A DNA stretch of 64,000 nt from Callorhinchus milii (Eukaryota), in NCBI RefSeq assembly GCF_018977255.1, contig NW_024704742.1:6512001-6576000 (forward strand), given 5' to 3'. The first letter of the stretch is position 1, and each line of letters starts with the position of its first letter. Below are positions 26,065-36,934 of the stretch, in pieces. The position numbers were made by a program, and so were the translations under genes. The notes beneath the pieces are model-generated. The model was not told the DNA's origin and did not search any database. It was given only the letters and a program-made list of their open reading frames with translations.

Positions 26065-26345
26065 GAGTTGCTGTCAAGTGTAGTGACTGTATATTTTGCA
26101 GACAAATGTGGCAGTTGATTGGCAGCAACATCCCACAAACAGACGTTTTTTAATCAGTTAAAATAGTACCATGGGATCTTTAACATAACAGCCGCCTGAA
26201 CAGATAGTCAGGAGTTTGGTTTAACATCTGACGACAGCATTTCCAACAATGTGATGCTCCAACAACACTGGACTGTTAGCATAGATTGTGAGCTCAAAGT
26301 GGCGCTTCAATCCACAACCCTCCGACACAGAGCCAAGCTAACACC
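26065..26345 (-). mobile_element. Old DeuSINE family, degenerate
   Basis: CCATGGGATCTTTAAC, TTTGGTTTAACATCT and CCACAACCCTCCGAC blocks. Confidence 0.7.
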
Positions 26346-26741
26346 TTCTCACGCCAACAAGGAACGATAGATTTATAGCATGGACAGAGGCCTTTTTTTG
26401 CCCATAGTATTTTTGCTTCATGGCTGTTGCTGACCTGGTAGTTTTGCAAGCCAACAAATAACAATGGTGACCAGGTTTGATAGAAATTACTGTAATGTGT
26501 TTTAAGACGTTGTGATAAAACATTGTAAAATCCCAAGTCTTTCTTTAATTAAATCCAACCGTGTCCCTGCTCACTGGTTATACTTTTGTTCCTACAAAAT
26601 ATGAAACTGGATGAAATCCTAAATAACTTCACCAACGTAGCATGAACAAAAAAAACATTTTTATTGGCACTTTGTTTTATGGAAGCACAAAACCGTTTTA
26701 ATAACCCTAATTATCAAACAATGCACTCAGTCACATCCCCG

Positions 26742-27150
26742 ATAATAATAACAACAAATCCTTGCATTTACAGTTAGCATCTTATCACATCGTTAAAATG
26801 CCTCAAAGTAAAATGTAGTGACTGTATATTTACAACCATATGTTGCAGCCAATTTGTTCATGTCAGTGCCATGAAATAAATGACCAATTTTATCTGGTGG
26901 GGGATTATTGGCCAAAGCATTGTGAGAAACTGCTTTCTCTTTTAAAAATTATGCCACGGACATTTTAACATCCACATGATTAGGCAGAAAGGTCATAGGT
27001 TGAATGTCTCATCCAAAGGACATGACCTCAGTCCATCCAGGCCTCTTTTACACGAGTGTCAGCCAAGACTATGAGCTCAAAGTGAAATGGACTTGAACCC
27101 ACAACCTTATGACTGAGAGGTGAGAGTGCCATCAACTCAGCCAGTCTGAC
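26742..27150 (-). mobile_element. Old DeuSINE family, full length, degenerate
   Basis: Tail AATCCTTGCATTT, GCAGCCAATTTG, head TTGAACCCACAACC..GAGAGTGCCATCAACTCAGCC. Confidence 0.8.
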
Positions 27151-28329
27151 AACAAACTTGATGCCTCATCACTGCGAGACCTTGCAGTAGCTGCGGTTCC
27201 ATAAAGCTACCAGGTTACACTATCTGACACTTGCAATATGATATATTGGTTTTAAAGACTCCCTTTTCTACCTTAATTTGGATTAGTAAAATAATTGCAT
27301 CATAACAAAGCTGATGGAAATGGATACCAGGAGCGTTCAGAGTAAATTTATATTGGAGATCTCTGGGGGTCAGAAAGCTGTCACTTTTCATTCCTTCCCC
27401 CAGCTAAATATTCCTATTTCCGGTTTATTCTCACTACCACTGGCTGCCATTACCCCGACATGACATATAAATAATTCACAAAGAGGGGAGCAGAAAACAA
27501 AAGACAATTAAGTGCCGAATATGCGTATTTGTTACACGTGTCTGCACCGCTTAGAGGTTTAAGATTTAAAAAGTACCTTATTTACATTCCTGATAAAAAA
27601 ACAGAAAGTATCAAATAGTCCGTCAAGAATGAAGAGCCTTTCAGTCGCTGGGGATCGAACGTTGGGTCAGTGTTACCGATAGTTGAATGGCTGTAGAATC
27701 CCTGGTATTAATCACTGAACTTTTCTGTTCACCCTTCACTGTAACCATTCCCAAGATTCCCCAAAGTGGATTCAGAAATGAGCTCTCCATCCAAGGCGTA
27801 CTAAATGACCATGACGGCTCAGCAAGGCGTGACTTTCAGATAAACACTGAATAAGTACAGAATGCTTGGCTGTAAGGCGGCTGGTAATTTGGCATACAAA
27901 ACCATTCTTCTCTTCCATTCTAGCCCCACGAACCATCAGCTCTGTTTATTATTGCATTGAAAATGTCATAAAACTCTGCAAAAAGCAAGTATTGAGAGTC
28001 GTGAAGAAATATTTGTCTCCCGCTTCTCTGACCTGTTGAGTTATTAACTCCTTTATTGAACAACAAATGTTTTTCCTTCTTTGGCTTCCAGTCGTTCTGT
28101 AAGGTACGCTGTCTCTCAAGAGCCAAGACCTGGTCGTTGCTGCCATTTGGTTTAAAATATGTTCATTTCAATCGTGATTACTTCATAAAGACTACAAGGC
28201 ACTGGTGAGGTTTTCCCCCTGTTAACAACAAGGATGTCACATCGACTTAATCCAGATGTAGATCACTTTGGCATGGAGTTCTCTTGTCATGTGTTTCCTT
28301 CTTATTTAGCTTCCTATTGCCACACTTAA

Positions 28330-28646
28330 TAAAACATTTACATTTGGTATATCACCATTCAAGTCCGGAGGATGTTTCAAAGTCCCAACATATTTGCACA
28401 CAGAAAACACACCAGGAGAAACTCCCTTCTCTTTTTGAATAGTGCCATAGGATCTCTAACGTCCACTTAAGCAGGCAGATGGGACCTCAGTTTAATATCA
28501 TATCTGAAGCACAGGACCTCCAACAATACCTCAAACCCCGAGTACTGCGCAGGAGTGTTAGCCGAGACTATGTGATTTCCAAGTCCCGATATGAGGTTTG
28601 AAACCACAACCTTCTGACTCAGAGACAAGGGTGCTACCGACTGAGA
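28330..28646 (-). mobile_element. Old DeuSINE family
   Basis: GAATAGTGCCATAGGATCTCTAACGTCCAC body; ACAACCTTCTGACTCAGAG head. Confidence 0.8.
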
Positions 28647-28671
28647 GAAACTCCTTAACAATGAGAATAAA

Positions 28672-28908
28672 GAGAAGGGGCTTCCTCCCAATGGCCTGGA
28701 CAACCATCCCCCAAATAAAATTGGACACTCACTTAATGGCTGTTTGTAGGATATTGCTTTGTGCAAATTCACTGCCACTTTTGCCGCCAAAATACACAGA
28801 AAAATTCAATACACACAAAAATTCACTACATTTTACAGTAACTCCCGTGAAGCTCTTTGAGACACCCTCCCGACATGAAAGGCATTATATCAAATGCAAG
28901 GATTATTT
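28672..28908 (+). mobile_element. DeuSINE 3' half
   Basis: GGCTGTTTGTAGGATATTGC...TATCAAATGCAAGGATTATT. Confidence 0.75.
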
Positions 28909-30185
28909 ATCTGGCTGATATTGCCAAAGCATCTTCATTTAATGCCCACAGACCACAGCACACAGACCTTTCAGTAGCTGAAATAGAGTGATAGGCTCTC
29001 GTCTCAGATATAGCTCTTCATCAGAACAAGCAAGCAACTTTAGCGAGAAAAAAATTCCCTGGTGGTTGAACATTGAATTAATTTCGAAACATTTTGGTGC
29101 AGTAAAAGGAGAACGGTGGGATTGGTATTCCAGAAAGATGAAATCAATGGGTCAAAGACTCTTCACCCAAACCTCTTCCAGGCATTTTAGATTTTAACTC
29201 AATTTTAAACCATTACCACAGCCTCTGGGTAAAGAATGGAATGTGAGTGAAGATCAGCTTGGATGGAGTCTGAACTCTCCACTTCAGGAGTGCTCACAGA
29301 TTGTCAAGTGGTGCCACAGGTACAAGTTCACTCAGCAAATGCTCGGGCAAACATCAGAAGCAAGCTCTCGCCCAAAAGCAGGCAGCGTGGGTGAATAAAG
29401 TAAAACTAAGAGAACACAGGGTGAATCATAGGTCACATTAAGGAGGAGGTATCATTGTATAAAGTGCATAAATCGTTAAGTTATTTTAATGACTGCTGAG
29501 CCCACATCAGTCCTCTGCTAAATGTTATTAGTTTTCATTCCTGTATTTGCGGAGGGTAATTTATGCCACTTAACTGACAGCCTCACATACACCCTGCATT
29601 GCAAACACTCCAGTTGCATTGCAATTCCTCCTCCACCACCATATGAGTGCTGCCTTGATTTCTCTAGATATCAATAAAATTGTGTGATGATCCTGAGAAA
29701 GAATTAAGACAACTCCAGCTTCCAAGCCCTCCTCAAATTAAGAAATAAAGCTCTTGCAATGTATCGTAGCGCATCTCAAGCTGCTACTGTCGTGTTTTTT
29801 TAATCACACAGGTGTCTGACCTAGGTGGAACCCCATCGCTCCGCTGTTGCACATCAGACTGAGAGTTTCACATACTGTACGTGGAATTTCCATGTGTCTG
29901 GAATGGAATGCACACTCTCTCCCCGGAGGGATGTACCCTGCTTACCTAATTCCAGAGAGTATTAGACGAATGTTGGCAAGAGACAAAGGTTGGAGAACCC
30001 AGAGTGTGCTTTGAGGTAACTGCTGGAGTATAACCAGCTAAAACCACATAGCTTGCCATTGAGAGCGCTGTCTGACAAGCTTCCCCGTTGGCTGTCCAGC
30101 TCACACCACCCTACCTCTTAGAGTTTTGGCTTGCAAGGTTATATCAGGAGCTGTGTGAGAAGAATCCCTGCACGCAGTAAGCCTG

Positions 30186-30879
30186 TGGAGTCCTGTAGCT
30201 TAGTAATAAGAGCACTCGCCTCACAAGCGAGAGAATCTGGGTTTGATTCTCAAGCAGGGCGAAACGTTGGTCAAGTTTCCTTACTCCATATGCCTCTGTT
30301 TACCTAGCAGTAAGTAGGAACCCAGTTGTTAGTCGATTGGCAGATCGCTTACCGGGATAGTAATCCCTTTCAAAAACATAACAATAATAATAATGTGTTT
30401 AGTCAATCCACGACTGTTTGTGGGACGCTGCTGTGCGCAATCGACTGCCGCGTTTCGCCCACAAAATATATGTGGAGTCCTGTAGCTCAGTGGTTAGAGC
30501 ACTCGCTTTGCAAGTGAGAGACCTGAGTTCAATTCCAGGCAGAGGGCGAAACCTTGGGCAAGTTTCCTTACTCCACACAGAGCCTAATAATAATCCCTTC
30601 AAAAAACCAAAAACAATAATTAAATTGGTCATTTTCAATCTACGACTGTTTGTGGGACATTGCTGTGCGCAATTGGCTGCCGCGTTCGCCCACAAATATA
30701 CAGTCAATTCACTTTACAGTGTGTTCTGTGAAGCGCTTTGGGACGTCCTCCTGACGTGAAAAGCGCTATATCAAATGCAAGGATTATTATTATTATTATT
30801 ATTATATGGTCAATTCACTTTACAATGTATTCTGTGAAGCACTTTGAGACGTCTCGAAGATGCGATAAGGCACTATATC
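30186..30879 (+). mobile_element. Young SINE, long form, interrupted by a short-form copy
   Basis: Head at 30186, long-form segment 30296-30355; sequence resumes at ~30809 (GTCAATTCACTTTAC). Confidence 0.93.
30473..30802 (+). mobile_element. Young SINE, short form, full length, nested
   Basis: Near-identical to the 10737 copy; flanked by TATATG at 30467-30472 and 30803-30808. Confidence 0.96.
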
Positions 30880-32488
30880 CCAGCAGCTCAGGAGCCAGAC
30901 TACTGAGACCGCCATATAGGATTGACTCGATTCCAAAAAGTTCTGTTGCCAAGTGTGTCACTTTAGAGCCAGCTCAGCTCATGAGGTAGAGACTCGTGTT
31001 TGAGACACGTAATGTACAGAAACTTACAGATCTATCATGTGACATGCAGATAAACAAACAAGACTAGGTTTACTGGAGACTGTTTCCACAAAGACTTGGC
31101 CCCTTTAAGCCTCTTTAAGTAGAGTACTGAGAGGAGTCAGCTGTGTGCGCATCTTGCCTGCATCAATTAAATTTTTCTCAGGCCCAATATATGTGCATGC
31201 GTGTATATTTTGTTTGAATTATTTGGATAAACAATGTTTTAATTACCTTGTAAAAATGCCAAAAATCTTCAGATTGAGAATGGCAAGTGTAGAATGGGAT
31301 GGGGTAGGATGGGGGCGTGTGGTGAGGTTGAGGGGAGTGGGAGAGAGGGGTGTATTTCCTAAAATCATAGCATGTGCGCTTATTTTTCAATGCGGCTAGA
31401 TTGCTCAGATCTCACTGGGGTTAGGCCACAGTGTAACCACTAAGAAAATCTGTGAATACTTTGCAGTTTGTTATACCTTGCACAGCATGGCACACTGCTG
31501 GATACCTCTGTTTCTTGAAAGCGGACAACCCAATAACCCAGGAACAAATCTGCCACGCAAAGGGCAACCTTTGGTAAGGGTAACTTTTCGTAAGGATAAC
31601 TGGGCATCAGCTATCATACAGTCACACCCAATACAATCAGTGGATATGGTCGATGAGTACAATGTATATGTCCAGCAGTAATATTAGTCTGTTCTAACTC
31701 TTGAAGGAATGAGCATTATTACTGGCTATATCTTACCTTAGAGACCTCAGTCTGGCAGGAGGGGAACATTGTCAGAGAAGCTCCTGCAAAAAAACATATA
31801 ATAGTGAGTCTCACGGATCAATTTGAAGTACTGCCATCTTAATTTGAATATACTTAGCTTAAGTCACTATTTGCATGGTTTGCAATATTGCCATTAATCA
31901 TATATTTCAAACAAAATGAACCAAGACATTTACTTAAAAAATTCTCATGCAAAATTACACCCATGTTCTTTTTTAGAAGCTGTGAATAACGAAAGTCCAA
32001 ATTAAACTGAATTTAAGAAATTTCCACAATTCTGTGAGATCGTAATTTTTGAGGCAAAGATTGCACAATGGTGCATTAATGTATAATTATGGTGAGAATG
32101 AAGATGTGCCCACGGTCTCTCTTCAAACAGGAGTTGACCTGTCCACTTCTGTAGCTTTCTGCTGGCTTCAGATGAGTGGATACATTAGTGGAGCATTGAC
32201 TGACATTAAAATAATGAGGACAGCATAGGTGCAAGTCGGTCTGCTTGGAAATAAATGAATGGAAGAGCCTGTGTATTTCGCCCACAAAATATACATAGTC
32301 ACAATGTTTTCCAGTGTATCCTATGAAGCACTTTGAAACTTCTCAACAACGTGATAAGGCACTAGATCAAATGCCAGGATTAAGGAATATTATTTTAAAT
32401 AGCGTCTTATCATGCGCATCGCTACTTATTTTGGTGTGTATGCTTAGATAACTGACAAGATATGGCATGCTGTTGAAGCATCTTCTTC

Positions 32489-32512
32489 GTGTGTGTGTGT
32501 GTGTGTGTGTGT
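32489..32512. repeat. (GT)12 microsatellite
   Basis: Read directly. Confidence 0.97.
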
Positions 32513-32911
32513 GAGAGAAGCTGGTGATAAGTTAGCTCCTCTGTAGACACCTTTTACCACAGCATAAAAAATTGCAGTGATCCAAGAAATGTATGGTGAT
32601 GCCAAGAAAATTTGAGTGGAAAATTTGGTTAGCTGAGCAGATCTAGCCCAAAGCTCGTTATGTTCATCCATCGTTCAAGGCTCACACCCAGAATCCTTTC
32701 CAAAAGCCATTTCGATTGTACCATTTCGGGGAGACTATTTTCTGTTGGATTTATAAGTGAATCACCATTTGTTATTCTCAAGGCAGTATGCACATCCGCA
32801 GAGCCAGGTCACTGAGGGAACATTTATTTATCAGTGTTAAAAGTATAAATTCCTTTACGTTTGATAAACTCTTTCAGGAAATGTTTATAAACAAGAAAAT
32901 GATTTTTTACA

Positions 32912-33145
32912 ACCATGGGAATTTACAGCACAGAAGGCCATTCGGCCCAGTGTGTCTGCACTGGCTCTTTTAAGAGCAATCTTTTCAGTCCCATTTACCT
33001 GCCCTTTCTCTCTGTAGCTGATTCTTTCTTTAGGTATTTATTGAGTTTTCTTTTGAACTCTATTATAGATTCTGCCTCAACCAGTGCCCCTGCCAGGGAA
33101 TTCCATATCTTAATCTCTGTGCGTGAAAAAATAAATTCCTAATCT
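32912..33145 (-). mobile_element. CR1 LINE 3' end
   Basis: CAGCACAGAAGGCCATTCGGCCC...GGAATTCCATA (reverse WNS). Confidence 0.8.
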
Positions 33146-33892
33146 CCCAAATTTGCCTGTTTAATAATAATAATATTCCTTGCATTTGATGTCGGTCTCA
33201 TCACATCTTCGAGACGCCTCAAAGCGCTTCACAGGATGCACTGTAAAGTGTAGTGACTGTGTGTTTTGTTTGCTCTAGACAATTTTGTGCACTTCAATTC
33301 TATTGCGTAGCATTAAAGGTAAAGCTGTGGCGCTCTGAGATGCCGTCTGGCGTGGAGAGGGCTATATAAATCCAAGTTGTTGTTGTTGTTGTCCCTCTAA
33401 TGACAAGATGTAGAGTGGGTGATCTGAAAAAAGAGATCAATTACGTCTCAGTTGTTAATTTGGGATTAAGTCAAAATGTCTCAAAGTGTTTCAAAAATAG
33501 ATACTGTCATGTGGGGTGGCTGTTTGTTGTAAGGAAACATGGCAGCTATAGACTATGAATTATTTTAAAACAGAATTAAATAGAGGCTTAGAAAATAATA
33601 TTGAAGGGGACATGGCATAAGCAGAGGAGTCAAATTAAACTAGGTGATTCATGAAGGGAAAAGCACCTTGTAGATTTGATCAGCTAAATACAGGGTCACT
33701 CCATGGTGTTTTGGGTCCATGGAATTAGACCCCATGTTATCACTGTACGCGAAACAAAAAGGACGATGGTTCCTCTTTAGGGTCATCCGACCCCTCATTC
33801 TAAACAATCACTGGAGTGATCACGGTTGACCAGTTGGCTTCAGGTCAATACACATTGCACTTCCGTATTATAAGTGAACTTGTGCTCTAGGG

Positions 33893-34267
33893 TCAGTGTG
33901 GCTCAATTAGCAGCACTCTCACCTCTGAGTCAGAAGCTTCAAGCACAACATCAGGACTTTGAACTTACACATTCTTGACTGACAATCCAATGGAGTGTTG
34001 AATGAGAATTTAACACCAAGGTCCCCTCTGCCTATTCAAATCCCAAGGCATTCATAAAGAGAAGAGGGTTTCTCGTGATGTCTTGGCCAACTGATGAATT
34101 TGATCATTGAATTCATGGCTATCTGTGGGACATTGTTGTGCGCAAATTGGCTGATGCATTCACCTACAAAACACATTGTCACTGTACCTAACGGTAAATC
34201 CTGTGAAGCACTTTGAGATGTCCTCCCAACGTGAACAGCACTGCAACAAATGTAAGGATTATTATTG
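33893..34267 (+). mobile_element. Old DeuSINE family, full length
   Basis: GTGGCTCAATTAGCAGCACTCTCACCTCTGAGTCAGAAG head; GTGGGACATTGTTGTGCGCAAATTGGCTG Deu domain; GGATTATTATT tail. Confidence 0.85.
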
Positions 34268-34683
34268 CTTTAGTGAGGAATATTAATAACAGTTTTGCTG
34301 CAGTCTATTTGTGCTACTTGAACATTTCACCACATGATTACTTTCTATTCAATCTAGCACTAGTGCTACTGTACATATACACTAAGGTGTGATAGATCAT
34401 TTTCACACATGGTGGGCTGGATAGCCTGTCTCTTTGCTGTAATATACTACGATTCCATGATTTACGTGGAGCATAGAACTGTAAACAGCCATAGAGGTGA
34501 ATGATCAATTAATCTGGAGGATTGCTGCTCAATATGCGGAGGAAAACTCTCTTCTCTTCTCAAATAGTATCATGGGATCTTTAATATGATGCTTCAATCA
34601 CACCAAACCAACTCCTAAGGTTTACTGTGGAGCAAGTGCCAGTAAATATTGCCTGAAGACAGGATACTCCCAGAGGATCACAG

Positions 34684-34776
34684 CTACAGACACAAACAAT
34701 CCTGCAGAATTATGGATGAGATGCACGAACGGTTACAAATACACACATGAGATCCCACAAAATGGTAGACTGGAGA

Positions 34777-34807
<31 letters not shown>

Positions 34808-34945
34808 GATCCCACAAAACTAGACTGGAGACACACACACACATTTAAACACGGACACGTGCGGCCCCACGGAATAATGGACTGGAGACACACACATAGT
34901 TATGAACGCAGACACACATGATCCCACAGAAGCATAGATTCAGAG
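34684..34945. repeat. Degenerate minisatellite, unit GATCCCACAAAA..TAGACTGGAGA(CA)n, about 4-5 copies
   Basis: CCCAC...GACTGGAGACA recurs at ~34751, ~34808 and ~34865, with a partial unit at ~34920; spacers are CA tracts. Confidence 0.85.
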
Positions 34946-36021
34946 GCTCTTGTGTCATCAGAGATTTAGCAGCCTTTGTATGCTGCAAAGCTGGCAAGAC
35001 ATCCTGTATGACTGCAAGTTGCGTGAATCTGTTAAAGCTTCCTCGGGCCAAGTCTTTGCGTATGTGTTTTACTTGGATTGCAGTACGAAATAATTTTCAG
35101 TTAAATTATAAAGGAGAAAGACATTGTTACTTGAAGGGGATCCAAGGAATGTCGTTAGAGAAATTGAACACATTGGTAGAACACCATTGAACCCTGCGGC
35201 TTTAGATAATGTTGATTTGCACTCGCTCCACCAAAACCAGCAAACAAGTACCACAAAATAAATGTTAATGATGGTCAATGATGACTTCTGTACTAAAACA
35301 CAAACAATTCTGCTGTTCAATTCATTCAACAGGTCTCCCCCCCCACCCCACCGGTTAGGAATATGATGTATCCTTAATAACAAATGCCTTTATTTTTAAG
35401 GTTGCTATCGTGTAAACCAGAGAACTCAAAAACTTGGAAAATTCAACAATTGTTTTCTGGCTTTGGTGGAGCAAGTCATGCAATACTTGCAAGGTTCAGT
35501 GATGTTCTGGCAATTTTTAAAAACTTTCCTAATGGATTCCTCAGATCCCCTTGAATGAACAATGTCCCTTCATGCGTGGTAGCATCATGGAGCATTTATT
35601 CAAACCCATACAGGGCATGCCCCACATCAGGACTTATGTTGATCCAGGCTGACCGCATGGTACTGGGGAATTGATGCAGTGTTAGAGATGCCATCCTTTT
35701 CATGATACTTTCAGCCAAGATTCCTCTCCTCTGTTCAGGTGAACTTTAGAGATCTCAAAGCAGGCAACTCCAATCTTGCAGTGTAGAGATGCAGTCTCTG
35801 CACCGTAGCTCTGCTGGTTTGAATCCAGCTCCATACAACTTTTATTGCTCCCAGCTGGGATTGCGTAGGGAGGATATATTGCCAGCCTTCCCAGGGTGAG
35901 GGAGGTTATAATAAGTCGAGTTTACTATTAGTGCGTGTATGTGTGTGGCAGCTGAGTGGATAGATATCAGGCTTAGCTGTGATGCACTGTATAGTTAATT
36001 CGCTTGTCAAGGATTGACCAA

Positions 36022-36190
36022 CACAAGATCACAAGATTGGTTTGGACGAAGAAGGCCCTTTGGTCCATTTGATCTCAACCCTCCAGAATATCACCTTGCC
36101 ATCCTGCACCATAGCATCAAATTGCATTTTTAATTGAATCCAGGGTTCTGACCTGAATTACCCTTCCTGTCAAACCGGTCAAAGCATTAA
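36022..36190 (-). mobile_element. CR1-like LINE 3' end
   Basis: CACAAGATCACAAGAT terminal repeat and GAAGAAGGCCCTTTGGTCCATTTGATCTCA; the reverse-complement copy is at 45620-45671. Confidence 0.7.
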
Positions 36191-36594
36191 TTACATGAAC
36201 AGTGGCCACTTGGAGAGGGTAATGGAGGGCAACCAGAGCTCCCCTGAAACTGCATCCAGGGGAGTTTGTGACATTCGGTGTTTTGGTGGAAGATGAACTG
36301 GGTGAACTTGGACTCCTTTCGTCTAGCAATTCTTATGTGCTTACGTTCCCAGCAGGAGTTGGCTGGAGTAGAGACATACGCCAATGGAGAGAAAATTGGA
36401 AACACTAAATTGGACACAGAAAAAACTAAATTGGACACACTGATTTCTTTTTTAAAAAAAGGCCCACGGCTCTAAAGAATTATCCTCGATGTGCAAGCCA
36501 ATAATCCTCCAGGTAAGTTAATCAATTTACTCATTGGCTGTTTGTGGGAACAAGCTGTGCGAAATTGTCTGCCACATATGCCTACAACTACATT

Positions 36595-36934
36595 TAATAA
36601 TAATAATCCTTGCATTTGATATAGCGCCTTATCATATCATTGAGGCGTCTCAAAGCGCTTTACAGAATATAACGTAAAGTGAATTGACTGTATACTTTAT
36701 AGGTGAAACACAGCAGCCAATTATGCACAGCAGTGTCCCACAAAGAGTCATGGAATTTTTTGTGGGAGAGAGATTATTGCCCCTGGAAAACGATCTGCCA
36801 ATCGACTAACAACCGTTAGGTAAACAGAGGAGTGGGGAGTAAGAAAACTTGCCTAAGGTTTCGTGCCCGGGAATCAAACCTGGGTCTTCTCGCTTGTGAG
36901 GTGAGTGCTCTAACCAATACGCTATGGGACTCCA
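36595..36934 (-). mobile_element. Young SINE, long form
   Basis: Reverse tail, Deu domain, GATCTGCCAATCGACTAACAACC, head ending GGACTCCA. Confidence 0.92.

Noticed and set aside
34684..34945. CRISPR-like repeat-spacer array
   Set aside because: Vertebrate context; the spacers are CA microsatellite tracts of unequal length and the repeats are degenerate
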